This document shows, piece after piece, positions 19,682 to 31,500 of a DNA stretch of 55,696 nt. Origin of the DNA: an uncultured virus (IMG/VR IMGVR_UViG_3300008110_007658). Lineage: Duplodnaviria; Heunggongvirae; Uroviricota; Caudoviricetes. The DNA lies in the IMG/VR virus record IMGVR_UViG_3300008110_007658; one strand, written 5' to 3'. Each line of letters opens with the position of its first letter. Position 1 is the first letter of the stretch. A program made the position numbers and the translations under genes. Under the pieces are notes generated by a model. It had not been told where the DNA came from, did no database searches, and worked only from the letters and a program-made list of their open reading frames with translations.

Positions 19682-21352
19682 TCAACAGTTCCAAGCTCTA
19701 AGCGATTTATTAATTCTAGAATCTGGGTCGTTTGCAGTCTTTGCTGAAGTTAATTTCTTCTTCATACCTTTCATACGAGCACAGAAAGAATCTCTACGTG
19801 ATCCACCTTCTGGTTGTGGTCTTTTTAAATCACTACCGGGATTCTCTCTTTCATAGGACTTACGACCTTTTTCATTTAAACCACCACTTTCAGACTTTCC
19901 TTCTTTTCTCTGCCAAGCAGCGACTTCATCTATTTTTTCTTCTCCAATTGTTCCATTATTGAGAAGATAATTTTTTGACTTGGAATTTACAACTTGAATC
20001 AGTGGCATTCCTGGTTGAATTCCAGAAACATTATATTGGAGAACTTGAGCACCTGGATAAACTTTCTGAATCTCTAATGTCACATCTTTTCTGGTTGGCA
20101 TTCCTACTTGAGGGAAGAACATCCTAATCGAATATGTTTTTCCTCTCCAAGAAAGAATTACTGCAATAATATTGCCAGTTTCTGACTGAAGACGAGTTGC
20201 TTCTTCAATTTGGGATTTGAAACCTTTAATTGGTTCTGGTTTAATTATATCAACTACTTCGGCAAAAGTATTGCCATTAGCATCTTCAATAGTTACTGAT
20301 TCTTTTTTAGTTTTATCTCCCCAGTTTGCAGCACCCACCTTACGGCACTTAACTAATGCTCCGGATGCATATGCACTTGGCCAAATTTTATATCTTGATT
20401 TGACTTTCTCTTTGCAGGCGTCTTCGTTTGTTACTTCTTCAGTTGCAACATTTTTTGCTTTGCCAGATCTTTCTGGATTTGGATCTTCTTTTCTCTTTCT
20501 TCTTGCTGCTCTTTCCTCTTCCTCTGGAGACATTTCTGATGCCATCTTAGAACTACCGCATTTTGGTTTGGTTGTCTGACCTGGTTGTTTTGCACATGGT
20601 TTTCCGGCATACTTTCCACCCAGTTGTACCCATCCCGGTTTTCCATCAGATGATTTGCTTTTAGAAAACCAATCATGGAGAGAGGAATCACCTGATTTTG
20701 ATTCTTCTTGAAGTTCATCTAAAATTTTATTTACAAGTCGATTCTCACTTACCGGAACACAATTTGGAACATTTTTTCTACCTTTCTTTTTCATTCCAAC
20801 TTGTTTATATCCACTCCAACATGCTTCATCCATTTCTCCTCCTGCAACATAATCGGCAGCAGTATCAATATAGTCGGATGCTTTTGTTATCTTTGACTGT
20901 ACCCATGCTTCTAAATTACCCTCCCCTTTCCCAACCTTCATTTGCAATCTCTTAATTGCATCTGACATAGTTGAAAGTTCTGAACGAACCATTGAATATT
21001 CTTCATCTTTGACGGACACCTTATCCCATGTCTTTTCGCCATAAGAACATTCAGTTCTTGATTCTCTTTTATCGCAAAGGGGGCAATATCTTTTCTCTTC
21101 TTTTGATTCTTTTACATCTTTAAATTTTTTATGCTCTTTCTTTGCAGATGCTTCCATTTTCTTTAAACGAGTATAGTAATCTGGAATTTCGTCTAGATGC
21201 TGAAGAGCAATATCCATAGCAAGTTCATGGTCTTTTGTGTGCTCATGCTCAATTGGTTCTCCCATATTCAGTTGCTTCTGAATAAAAGAAACATCGAGAC
21301 GATGCTTCTTTGCAATTTGTTCGACTGTTTTATGGGATTTCAACTTCGGCAT
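19682..21352 (-). CDS. mosaic multi-module protein, candidate internal-head polyprotein
   Basis: 556 aa between gp16 and gp17, made of short basic or Cys-containing modules separated by Glu-terminated linkers; own late promoter at 21375-21382. Confidence 0.75.
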   Translation of the reverse strand: MPKLKSHKTVEQIAKKHRLDVSFIQKQLNMGEPIEHEHTKDHELAMDIALQHLDEIPDYYTRLKKMEASAKKEHKKFKDVKESKEEKRYCPLCDKRESRTECSYGEKTWDKVSVKDEEYSMVRSELSTMSDAIKRLQMKVGKGEGNLEAWVQSKITKASDYIDTAADYVAGGEMDEACWSGYKQVGMKKKGRKNVPNCVPVSENRLVNKILDELQEESKSGDSSLHDWFSKSKSSDGKPGWVQLGGKYAGKPCAKQPGQTTKPKCGSSKMASEMSPEEEERAARRKRKEDPNPERSGKAKNVATEEVTNEDACKEKVKSRYKIWPSAYASGALVKCRKVGAANWGDKTKKESVTIEDANGNTFAEVVDIIKPEPIKGFKSQIEEATRLQSETGNIIAVILSWRGKTYSIRMFFPQVGMPTRKDVTLEIQKVYPGAQVLQYNVSGIQPGMPLIQVVNSKSKNYLLNNGTIGEEKIDEVAAWQRKEGKSESGGLNEKGRKSYERENPGSDLKRPQPEGGSRRDSFCARMKGMKKKLTSAKTANDPDSRINKSLRAWNC

Positions 21353-21374
21353 TAAATTGCACTAAATCTTTTTA

Positions 21375-21382
21375 TATTTATT
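21375..21382 (-). promoter_or_regulatory. late promoter (AATAAATA) for the 556-aa gene and gp17
   Basis: ATAAATA core overlapping the gp16 stop. Confidence 0.65.
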
Positions 21383-21815
21383 AATCTTGATTATCTTGAG
21401 ACTGTTGCTTTAAAAGTTTTGCAAGTTCTGCAGTTGACCCAACAAATAATGCATTTGTCACATTTGTTGGACCTTTTACTCCCCTTTCTTCTTCAATATC
21501 TTTTAGTTTTTTCTGAAGATCCATCAATTTGTCTGTAGCATCAGCAACATTTTTGATAAGTTGTCCAGCAACCTCATATGCTCTAGGCATTTCACTTTCT
21601 TGAGCAAGTTCGAGAATGCCGTTTATTGCCTCTTGTCCCTTTTCAATAAGAGAATATAAATTACCTCTGGTATAGTCATAATCTTTTTTAATATCATCAA
21701 TTGCTGAAGAAATTTTTTCAATTTTCTCAACTGAAGTTTCTACCTCCGGAACAACTATCTCCCCAGAAACATTGAATGTGTTATTTAAATCCTCAAATTT
21801 TTTTGTCATTTTCAT
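21381..21815 (-). CDS. gp16: terminase small subunit
   Basis: DYDYTRGNLY, ESEMPRAYEVAGQLIK, NALFVGSTAEL. Confidence 0.95.
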   Translation of the reverse strand: MKMTKKFEDLNNTFNVSGEIVVPEVETSVEKIEKISSAIDDIKKDYDYTRGNLYSLIEKGQEAINGILELAQESEMPRAYEVAGQLIKNVADATDKLMDLQKKLKDIEEERGVKGPTNVTNALFVGSTAELAKLLKQQSQDNQD

Positions 21816-21824
21816 ACTTAGAAT

Positions 21825-22826
21825 TTATGAAGTTAAACCAGTGAATCCAAAGTCGTCGCCAGATTCTATTAAGTCATTATCTTGTACAGTAATAGATTTG
21901 ATTTCTGCACCAGATAGGTGAGAAGTAATTGTAGTATTGTCCATACCCCTTTGAACCGTTAAGATATTTCCTGATACCGACCTTACATAAACTTCCTCAC
22001 CTTCAATATCAAAATATGTACTTGCTATGATAGAAGAAGCATCATTTACAGTGATTAAAGTATCTTCTGTTGTAATATCTTTTGTTATATTTGTAACAAC
22101 AGTACCTGTATAATTTTTAATCGCTCTTGGTTCTGCAGTATATACAACAGAACGAGAAGGAGTTGGTGTAGATTCTCCACTGATATAACTGAGAGTAGTT
22201 TTTTTGATAATATCCTTTGTTGCGGAAGATATTGGACCAAAGAGATAAGTTTTTACTGTAAATCTAAGAGTATAAATTAAAACTCTTCTTGTGGTAAAGT
22301 TTCCCTCATAATCATCTTGCATTGTAATATTTTCAAGAACAACTGGCACATCTCGTTTTTCGTTAATATTGTTTACTAACTCTACAGTCAGTGTATAAGC
22401 TGGTTGAAAATATGGAAGTATTTGTTCAACAATCTGCAAGACATCATCATTTAGTTTTGACATAATGCTCAGTTCAAATTCCATATTGTATGGAACTGGC
22501 ATATATGCTTTTTTTATTTGAGTACCATCTGATTCCAAACCTGAGGTAAAGGTTTGAGTTGTAGTAACTTTTCTCGATGGATCATAAGTTAATCCAGTAA
22601 ACTCAAAGGACATTCTTGGTAATGTAATTTGAGTTGGTTTATTTAAATCCGGTACTTGCTCAAGTCTTGCTAGGAATTTCTGAGTTGGACCATATGCCAA
22701 AGGTACTTTAATAACACTAACAACATTCCCAGAAGAATCTGTATGCTTGATGGAAATATTGTTAAAGAGAGAACCGAATGCAATTACAGTCCTTCTTAAA
22801 ATTTCGTTATAAAAGTATTCAAACAT
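21825..22826 (-). CDS. gp15: tail sheath stabilizer / terminator
   Basis: IAFGSLFNNI, VPLAYGPTQKFLAR, TLPRMSFE, QIVEQILPYFQP; C-terminal extension; CATAAATA at 22863-22870. Confidence 0.95.
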   Translation of the reverse strand: MFEYFYNEILRRTVIAFGSLFNNISIKHTDSSGNVVSVIKVPLAYGPTQKFLARLEQVPDLNKPTQITLPRMSFEFTGLTYDPSRKVTTTQTFTSGLESDGTQIKKAYMPVPYNMEFELSIMSKLNDDVLQIVEQILPYFQPAYTLTVELVNNINEKRDVPVVLENITMQDDYEGNFTTRRVLIYTLRFTVKTYLFGPISSATKDIIKKTTLSYISGESTPTPSRSVVYTAEPRAIKNYTGTVVTNITKDITTEDTLITVNDASSIIASTYFDIEGEEVYVRSVSGNILTVQRGMDNTTITSHLSGAEIKSITVQDNDLIESGDDFGFTGLTS

Positions 22827-22865
22827 ATTGGTAAAATTTAATACTACTCAATTATTAATTAGTAT

Positions 22866-24290
22866 TTATGGCATTCCGAAAGGGTTAATTTCATTAAAAT
22901 CTATAATTGAATCTGCTTCATTCTCAATGGTTTGGTTTTCTGAATAACCATCATCTGCTGGATATGCATCAATTGTTATCAATCCTCTTGATGTTCCAGA
23001 ATTTGAACCAACGATAGTTTCTCCCATAACAAATTCTCCAGATACTGTAGAGACCTGAAGTTGATTTGTAGTAGAATTCCAAGATCTCACTCTTGCAGTT
23101 GTTCCGCTTTGCGATCCTGTTACCAATTCGTTAAAAGTAAAATTGCCAGTAGATGCTATTGATGGATTACTAATTGTAATTGTTGGAGCAACACTGTATC
23201 CCAAACCAGCGTTTGTGATTTTGATTTGGGTGATAGAACCTGCCGAACTTACAACTGCTGTTGCAGATGCAGTAACCGAGCAGATTCCTGTGAATGTGAC
23301 TGTAGGTGCGGAAGTGTATCCTGAACCTGCATTTACGATGTTAATTGGACCTATTACACCAGTGCCAATAGTTGCTGTTGCAGCAGCTCCAGATCCATCT
23401 CCAAAGAATGCAACTTTTGGTGCAATAGTATATCCATATCCAGGATTTATAACCTCAACTGACTGCACCGATTTTAGATTTGGATTAACATTATCTGCAC
23501 ATACGACAATGCCACCAATCATAGTTGCAGAAGCAATACCCGTTAACCCTCCTGCGGGAGCAGATGATATTGCAACTCTTGGTGGATAGGAATATCCCCC
23601 ACCTCTGTTTGAAACTGTAATATATCTAATACCACTTCCTATTACAGTTGTATTTGCAGTTGCTGTAATACCATTTCCTACGAGTGTAAGTGTCTGTACT
23701 AATCCAACAGTAATTCCTGAACCATTACCCAAATCTCCAGAACCTCCAATATTATCATCAATTTCTTCAATACTTGTATCAATAACTTCATCTTCATATC
23801 TAAAGAGTTCACATTTTAACGTATAAACATAATTTTTTCTTAGTTGATAAAATGGTTGCTCATGCTCTACGAATTTAATTTCAAATAATCGATCTCCAAG
23901 AGGAAAATAAATCAAATCCCCCTCTTTTGGTCTAGAAGATAATTTAATATTTGATTGGTCTTTAATTAATGGTGAAATATAATTTTCAAATCTTTCTTTT
24001 GAAATCGTAATAGTTAGTTCATTCAGTGCCTGAATTCCAAATTTTGAAAGAATAGTGGTATTGTCGCCATATCCTTCAAAATTTTCCACATATGCCTCAA
24101 TTGGATACGCAGAATCAAATGCTGATTGAATAACTTCTTTTATTACTGTCTTTTCTGTTAAATATTTTCTAGGAAGATAATGAACTTCAACTCCATACAT
24201 CCGAAGTTGCTCATTTATTAGGTCTTGAATAAGTCCTTGCTCGCCTTTAGAACCCTGAAGAAAAAATGGATTAAGCATAAGATTAACCAA
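22866..24290 (-). CDS. gp14: neck protein with inserted repeat domains
   Basis: PKEGDLIYFP, FEIKFVEHEQPFYQL, terminal DFNEINPFG; internal G-x-G-Y repeats. Confidence 0.93.
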   Translation of the reverse strand: MVNLMLNPFFLQGSKGEQGLIQDLINEQLRMYGVEVHYLPRKYLTEKTVIKEVIQSAFDSAYPIEAYVENFEGYGDNTTILSKFGIQALNELTITISKERFENYISPLIKDQSNIKLSSRPKEGDLIYFPLGDRLFEIKFVEHEQPFYQLRKNYVYTLKCELFRYEDEVIDTSIEEIDDNIGGSGDLGNGSGITVGLVQTLTLVGNGITATANTTVIGSGIRYITVSNRGGGYSYPPRVAISSAPAGGLTGIASATMIGGIVVCADNVNPNLKSVQSVEVINPGYGYTIAPKVAFFGDGSGAAATATIGTGVIGPINIVNAGSGYTSAPTVTFTGICSVTASATAVVSSAGSITQIKITNAGLGYSVAPTITISNPSIASTGNFTFNELVTGSQSGTTARVRSWNSTTNQLQVSTVSGEFVMGETIVGSNSGTSRGLITIDAYPADDGYSENQTIENEADSIIDFNEINPFGMP

Positions 24291-25128
24291 TCATATCCAT
24301 TGGAGGAAGTTCATAAGTATTAGACATTTTCTCCATAATTAAATCAATTTCTCTCTGAGCGTCGTCATACATTTGACGACCATTGAGTTCAACGCCACCT
24401 GGCAGTTTAACGCCAGTAAATTTCATCATATTCTGCCCCCATTGTCTTTTAATAAGGGAGGTTAAATATGGTTTAATAAAAGAATCATTCCAAACCCTAG
24501 AATAGTCGTTTGGATCTAAAACAGAATAGCAATCTATAATAACATAATTTCCTACGGACACTGCACCCCAATCAATATCCAAATATAACCTGTCTTGTCT
24601 TTTATTAAAACGAATTTGTTTTTGGGTACTGAGCAAAAAGTCCAAATCTTCTAGATATGTTTTGACCATTGCATAACTTAAAAGTTCAGTAGTTCCCCAA
24701 TAATAAATATCATTTAAAAATAATTGATATTTAACACTAAACATATTATGAGTAATGGTGTTTGTGCCATCATATTGAAATATTTTATTTACTCCAATAA
24801 CTCCCGGAGGAACTTGTAAATAATTACTATTTTCCTCATATTTAAATGTTGTCGCAGTGCCCACAATATTTGTGGTTACACTTGTCGTTACAATCCCAAC
24901 ATTTTTACTGTTTCCTCTAGATCTTCCTCTATCAACATCCTCTTGAGTAAATTGATATTTGAAAAATGTTGGATAAACTCCATCAAAATGTCTTTCCTGA
25001 AAAAGTTGGATGGCATCATCTACCAGATCATCAATTTGCTCATCTGCAACATTAATTTCTAAAACTGGCGCCCCCAGTTTTCTTTTACAGTAGTCTATTA
25101 GTTCTTGTCTAGTAGATGGTTGCGCCAT
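24283..25128 (-). CDS. gp13: neck protein
   Basis: YCKRKLGAPVLEINV, KRQWGQN, LPGGVELNG. Confidence 0.95.
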   Translation of the reverse strand: MAQPSTRQELIDYCKRKLGAPVLEINVADEQIDDLVDDAIQLFQERHFDGVYPTFFKYQFTQEDVDRGRSRGNSKNVGIVTTSVTTNIVGTATTFKYEENSNYLQVPPGVIGVNKIFQYDGTNTITHNMFSVKYQLFLNDIYYWGTTELLSYAMVKTYLEDLDFLLSTQKQIRFNKRQDRLYLDIDWGAVSVGNYVIIDCYSVLDPNDYSRVWNDSFIKPYLTSLIKRQWGQNMMKFTGVKLPGGVELNGRQMYDDAQREIDLIMEKMSNTYELPPMDMIG

Positions 25129-25148
25129 TTATTTTTTATCTTTAAAAA

Positions 25149-25156
25149 TATTTATA
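25149..25156 (-). promoter_or_regulatory. T4 late promoter TATAAATA (gp13)
   Basis: Exact TATAAATA upstream of the gp13 ATG, overlapping the upstream stop codon. Confidence 0.85.
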
Positions 25157-25331
25157 GTCCAGTTAGTGCTAAATTTCTAACAATTTCCTGCTGCTTTAAA
25201 TATAATTTCATATATGCCTTAGAAATTGTCCGAAGGTCTTCAATATCTTCTATAGAATCAATCTCATTGCAGGCTTTCGCATATTCAAAGCTTTTTGATA
25301 GATCTTCTAATACAATATCATTTGGATTCAT
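25152..25331 (-). CDS. small helical protein, possibly NblA-like
   Basis: Uncalled 59-aa ORF MNPNDIVLEDLSKSFEYAKACNEIDSIEDIEDLRTISKAYMKLYLKQQEIVRNLALTGL filling the gap before gp13. The ORF is well supported; the function is tentative. Confidence 0.7.
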   Translation of the reverse strand: MNPNDIVLEDLSKSFEYAKACNEIDSIEDIEDLRTISKAYMKLYLKQQEIVRNLALTGL

Positions 25332-25554
25332 TGATTAAACTCCGCAATAAATTTTTGATTTCATCAATATCATTCTTCATATTAGCAAGATCCGATTCTA
25401 AATTTTGTGTCTTTTGATTCACTTCATTCTTAGCATCTCGTCTTGCAATATATTCTTGATATTCTGAAATGTTTGTATTGACAATAGAATTTGTTTTCAC
25501 ATCTCTAAGTAGGTTATTATAACCTTCGACTTTTATATAGTCCATATTATGCAA
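25318..25554 (-). CDS. small coiled-coil hypothetical protein
   Basis: C-terminal heptads LESDLANMKNDIDEIKNLL; the start may be the later ATG (MDYIKV). Confidence 0.75.
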   Translation of the reverse strand: MHNMDYIKVEGYNNLLRDVKTNSIVNTNISEYQEYIARRDAKNEVNQKTQNLESDLANMKNDIDEIKNLLRSLINESK

Positions 25555-28500
25555 GAGTAATGACCCTTAAATCTTTCATTCTTGGTACATAAACTTGATT
25601 AGTTGATGTCATAATAATCTTAATTCTATAAGATCTAAATGCAGGTAATTTGTCAGCGGTAAAGACATATTCTTTATATTCAATTTCAGAAGGAAGATAA
25701 CCAAGAGAATTTGCTGGAGGAACAAAAATATCGGATCTTCCATCACTATCTGCAAAATTAATTATTTCATTCTTAACATTTAAATTATTATATCCTGGGA
25801 ATGGTACAAAGATTGGATTGAAGTTTTGGTTTTGGTCAATTGCATATAAAACACGAATATCAGAATAAAGATTAATATGTGCATTTAATATTATTTTAAT
25901 CGAAGATGCAGAATATTCCAAATTAATTTCTTTGGAAAGGTATTGGAAAGCACTTGGATCATCTAAAACGCTATTGACTCTACTATCAGTTGCATAATTT
26001 GTAATTGCACTATTAACTCTATTTGAGGTAAATATTGCACTAACTCTTTGAGTATCGACTACTGGACTTAATCTAGAATCAGTTGTATTAAGTAAAAGAC
26101 GCATATTCAATGATTTATTGCCAGTGAGATTTGTTAAATTATTTGTCTCATTAATTTTTGAGCAAACTATTCTTGAGCTATTCAGATAATTTGAATTGTT
26201 GAGTGTGATTGATTCGAATCCATTATCAATAAATGGAATTTCATTTCCACTCATACTTGAACCAGTTACTGTTCTTAATTCTGCATTTAGTGCAGTGCCT
26301 CTAACTGTAACATTTTGAACATTTGGAGTTACAATTTCAAAAGGAATATTTTGCGTAGCATTAATATTGTATCCACCAGAAGATTTGGTCTGATTAAAAT
26401 GAAGGTTTGGATAAACGCTTCCGATAGTTCTATCAATTCCATTTGAAGACATATCAATCTTAATCTTATAAGAATCAAATGTAATTGGATTAGATTCCGT
26501 TACATTTCCAAAATAATGCACTTTGTTAATTCTATTCAATGAAACGCCACCAAGTTCATATTTATAAACTGGAGTTCCTGCTGGATAATTTGTTGGATTA
26601 GAACCTCTTGTAATTTGACCGCCAATTGATCCTGCAGTAACTGAAGTATATTCAATAATTTCATTTCCTATTAATAGGTATCCTGGATTTGCAATTCCAA
26701 CACTAACATTTTCAAAGGTAGCAAAATTTGTAGAATTATCTACAGAAATGGCTGCATTAGAATCTGAATTATATGCAACTGTTAATTTGGTTGGTACAAT
26801 ATCGGATTGTACATTTGAAATTTCAACATAATTTGTATTGGAATACATTCCGTGATTTTTATGGTTCACATTAATATGTAAACCATCACTTACTGTATTG
26901 ATAGATGAGATAAGGACATTTCCTCCAGATGATGCATTTAAATTTGTCGTTATTCCGGAGTTATTGATATATCTTACTGTTTTTCCAACTCCAGTTACAA
27001 AATCTCCTTGAACATTATCAAGTATGAGTTGATTTGTACTAGCAATAGAAACTACAGAGAATCTTGCATTACTTCCAACAGAAGTTGCTCCTATAGTTGT
27101 AATTCCAAGAACATCGCCAACTTGATATCCACTGCCACCACCCACAATAGTTGCAGCAATTGCTACTCCATTACTAATAGTTACATTTGCAGTAGCATTT
27201 CTACCACTACCAGTAACTGTTGTTAGGTTAACACTACTAAAAGTATATGAACCACTTGCTGGTGTATATCCTATACCTGCATTTATTATGTTTAAAGTTG
27301 CAGTTGCAATACCGGCACTACCTACATAATTGCCGGTTGCATTTGATCCTTCTTGGAGAATAATGTTTCCTAAAGTCAATCCAGAATCATTTAGAGTAGA
27401 AGCAAGAGATACTCTGATTTTATTTGAATTTAAATCTATAGAATTTGGAAGTAAAGTTGCTATTTGCTTGTTGCCGTTGGTTAGTTCTGGACTATAGAAT
27501 TCTGCTGTTCCAGATTCTATAAAATCTGCTCTATAAAGAGTAAATTTAAGATCTTCCCATTGACTTGCTTCCCAAGTAGAGGCATTTTGAGATTTAAACA
27601 GAGACCCGAGATATGGTTGATTTGAAATAAATGACTGGGTTAATAGATCATTCTCACCAATTCTTGAAATATAAACACTATATTTTGTCGAATTTGATGC
27701 TAAGCATATTGCATATTCCTTTCCGCCTTCCAAATATACTGGTGCCTTGAAAGAAATTGAAGTTGCAACAGAACCATCTCCAGAAATATTAACTTGTGAC
27801 GGGTCAAGAACAATTTCCGAGAATGGAATAACCTTTTGTGTTGGGAATCCATTTTGCATTGTTCTGAGTTGGAATGTAACTGGTACATCCATATCATCTT
27901 TAGATCTAAAGAAAACATCACATCTGGTTAAGAAAACTCCACTCTCATCATCAACTAAGAATGATTGTGCAAGAGGATCGTACCATCCAATAATACCTCC
28001 TCTTCTTGTCTCCGATATTACATTACTTGCAACAACTAGAGTTCCTGTTGTTCTAGAAACTGCACGACTTTCGAATTCTTGCTTATTCTCAACTCTTGCA
28101 TTTCTTACAGAAATAATATTTTCTTGTACAGTTTCTAAAGTTCCACTTGACACAAAACCTTCTTCTGCAATTGTTGTTGCAAGATCTTGGTTATTGAGGT
28201 TGTTATTAAGTAAAGTAAATGTTTTAGTTCCGGTTTCAAATCTTGGATGAATGCTAATATTTGGATTTGGAATATAAAAATTTCCAATAAGAGATGCAGA
28301 AATATCCGAAATTAATCTGACATTTGTTATAGTTGCTTGTGCCCCACTTGTTTTTCCAACAAGAATCATTTCTTGGGAAACCCATCCACTATATTCACCT
28401 TGCGGTTTATTTGCAAGAGAGAAAGTATCAATATTCAATATTGATGATGTTGATGAATATGATTGTTGAAGAACTTGATTTGTGTATGGGTTAAATGGAT

Positions 28501-31500
28501 ATGTTGAAGTCGGTAAGTTATAAGGACCTTCTTTATGATTTGATTGAGCAACTCTAAAGGTAATATTTGGAGCATTGTTACCAAGATTTTGAATAGTACC
28601 TGTTGATTGCATTTTTCCAACAACAGTTTCTCCAACTTCAAATACTCCAGAAATCATACTAATTTCTAAAAGTTTTGGAGTGCAATACTTAGTTACATCA
28701 ACTCCATCAAAGAAAGCATAAAGCTGAGTGAGGGGTTTAACTTTTTTGGAAATAAATTGAATATTTCTAGATCTCATATAAGAGATGAGATCTCTACTTA
28801 CTACTCTATCGCCAACAGATGTTCTATCGAATTGTTCAGTTACTACCGTCGTATTTCCTTGTCTAGTAGAAACTCCAGTGTTCCTAACTTCTCTAATAGT
28901 ATCTTCAATAACGGTCTCAGTAATCCTTCCATAAATTGGGATGCCCGACCAATTACTTACTTCATTTGTGGTTGTTCTTGTTCTTGTTGAATTGATTATC
29001 TCTCGACCTGTCCAATTATCAACCCAGGAATTCCAAATAGTAGGTGCGAATCCAGTTTGTGGATCCACCTTTAAAGTTTTTACTGCATTGGCAAGTGTTT
29101 CTGCATAATTTCCTTCAGTATTAATAATTTTTGCATCCAGTCTAACTGTATCAACCCAAGTATCGGTTGCGGGAGTTAATTCTAAAGTTCCCTGCCAGAA
29201 ACTAATTAAGAAAGGAGTAACACTTTCAGATCTTGTTGCAAATGACTGCTTCAACCATTCTATTTCTGCGTAATCAAGAGTAATAATACCTTCATTTTTT
29301 CTAATATTGATTCCTTCTGGGGAAGAAAATGCTAAATCGTCAGTAGGATCTACATTTACGACTGGACCAGAAATTAAATCTACTGAAGTAGTATAATGCT
29401 TTGGTCTTAATTCTTTATTTGAAATATCTAGACTATTTTTATATTCTACAGAATCTTCTTGAGCGAGTAATGAAGTAAAATTATCTACAAAGAATCCAGA
29501 CTTAAATCTGTTTAATCCATCGGCATCAGGAACAAAAAGATTTGCAGTATTTGTTTCAAGAAGAGATAATGCTGTATAATACTCAAGATTTTTAATTCTA
29601 TTTTCAAGTTGTTTGATATCAACCATTCTATATCTCTTATGCTCTAAAAATTGTATAGATGCTTGAGATGTGTCATAAAGATATGGTGGTAAAGTAATAG
29701 TTGCAATTTCTAATGCATCATCAACTGATACTGGTTTTTCTAATTTTTCAGAAGGAGTTCCATATTTAACTTGAAACTTCCCATCTTTAGTCAAATAAAT
29801 TCTATCAATTCTTCCAAGATAGAATGAATAATTTGTAACAATAGATTCATCCGATGCAAGAATATTTGCTGCAGAATTTCCAGAAGAATTAAATGTTCTT
29901 CCATAAAATTCTAGTGGAGATCTTGAATTTTCTGAAACAGTATATGACGAAACTACTGGTCTGATATCAATAATATCAGAATTTTGAATTCCATCTACTG
30001 TTTTAATTTCTTTTCCATAATCAAAACTAGTATAAGAATTTACTGTAGTAATATCTCCATCATCGGAAGATTGGTAATAACCATTTGAAAAATAAATTTT
30101 CAATTGTTTAGAAGATTCTAAAGATGATGGTTTTCTATTGATTGTTCCACAATTATAAAAAGTTCCCTTCTGTCCAGTTGTGAATGTATAATTCGAAGAT
30201 ATTTCGAAACTTGAAGAATCTAAAGTTACAATAACGGCCTGAATTTTTGATTCATCCGATGATATAGTTTCACCTTCTTTAAAAGAATTTTCATTTTTGT
30301 AGATGAAAGAAATTTGAGAATCTGTTAATCTTTCCGCACATATTGCAATTGCACCACTAGATTGACCCGTTAATTTCTCACCAATAATAAAATCCGATGT
30401 TTTAGATGTTGGTCCATTAATAGATGATAATATTGCAGTTGGTGCAGATGCTGCCGAAGTGTTTGCAGATTCGTAAATTGCATGAACTTTAATAATATCG
30501 GGAGTATTTAGAGAAATATTTTCGTCCTGAACTCTTGTGCCATATGGGAAGTTCCCAAAAGAAAGTCCATCATTTAAAGTTGTAGATCCAATACCAGATC
30601 CAACATTTTTCGATTTATTGACAATTAATGTATTAACTCTATTTTTTAATTTTACTTTTGATTTTGGTTTAATTTTCTTTAAAGTTGCAATTAATGTGGC
30701 ATTAGTATTATTAGTACCCAAATTATAAATTTGTAACTGAGTGCCTCCATTAATGAAAGCAAATTTATCTGATGTTAAAACTTCAGTTGTACCATCAGAT
30801 CTAATTAATGAATATCTTTCTTCGTCAAAGGGTAAAAATGTTTCGTTCTGGCCTGCACTAACTGCCAAAGAAAGTTGGTTACTAGAAATATTGACTGTGA
30901 ATGTTTTTCTTATTGTTAAGGAAGCATCTGTTAAATCTACTGAAGAAATATTATTTTTTGGTAATTTTGTATAAAGAGTATTATCTTGAGATGATTCTAA
31001 TTTTGTAGTTAAAGTTCTGAAATCAGTAACGGATAAAGCAGAAGAGGGGAGTTTTCCGTTTACAATTCCCGTCACAGTTGTGACACCACTAATTGTAATT
31101 GAAGTTGTATTAACACTTACAACTTTTGCTGTAACTGGCTCCGAAACTGATTGATCACTATACTGAACAAGATTTCCAACTTTAACTACAGTACCTGGGA
31201 ATAATGAATTTGGGCTGAATACCGTACTAATTCCTGATGACAATGGACTAATCGTTGCAATTCCTACAGAAAAATCTGTTGATTGAATTGTATCTGCAGT
31301 AAAGGTTGATGCAGATCCAACAATACCATATACCGATTTGATATCAGAAATTCCATAAGAAGTTACTGCAATAGCAACTAATCCAGATTCAATTCCATCA
31401 ATTATAAATGATTCATTTTTTATAAATTCTCCACTCTTTTCATAAACAGTAATGGTTGCATTATTTGTAACAGCATCTTTTATAAATGCACTGGCACCAC

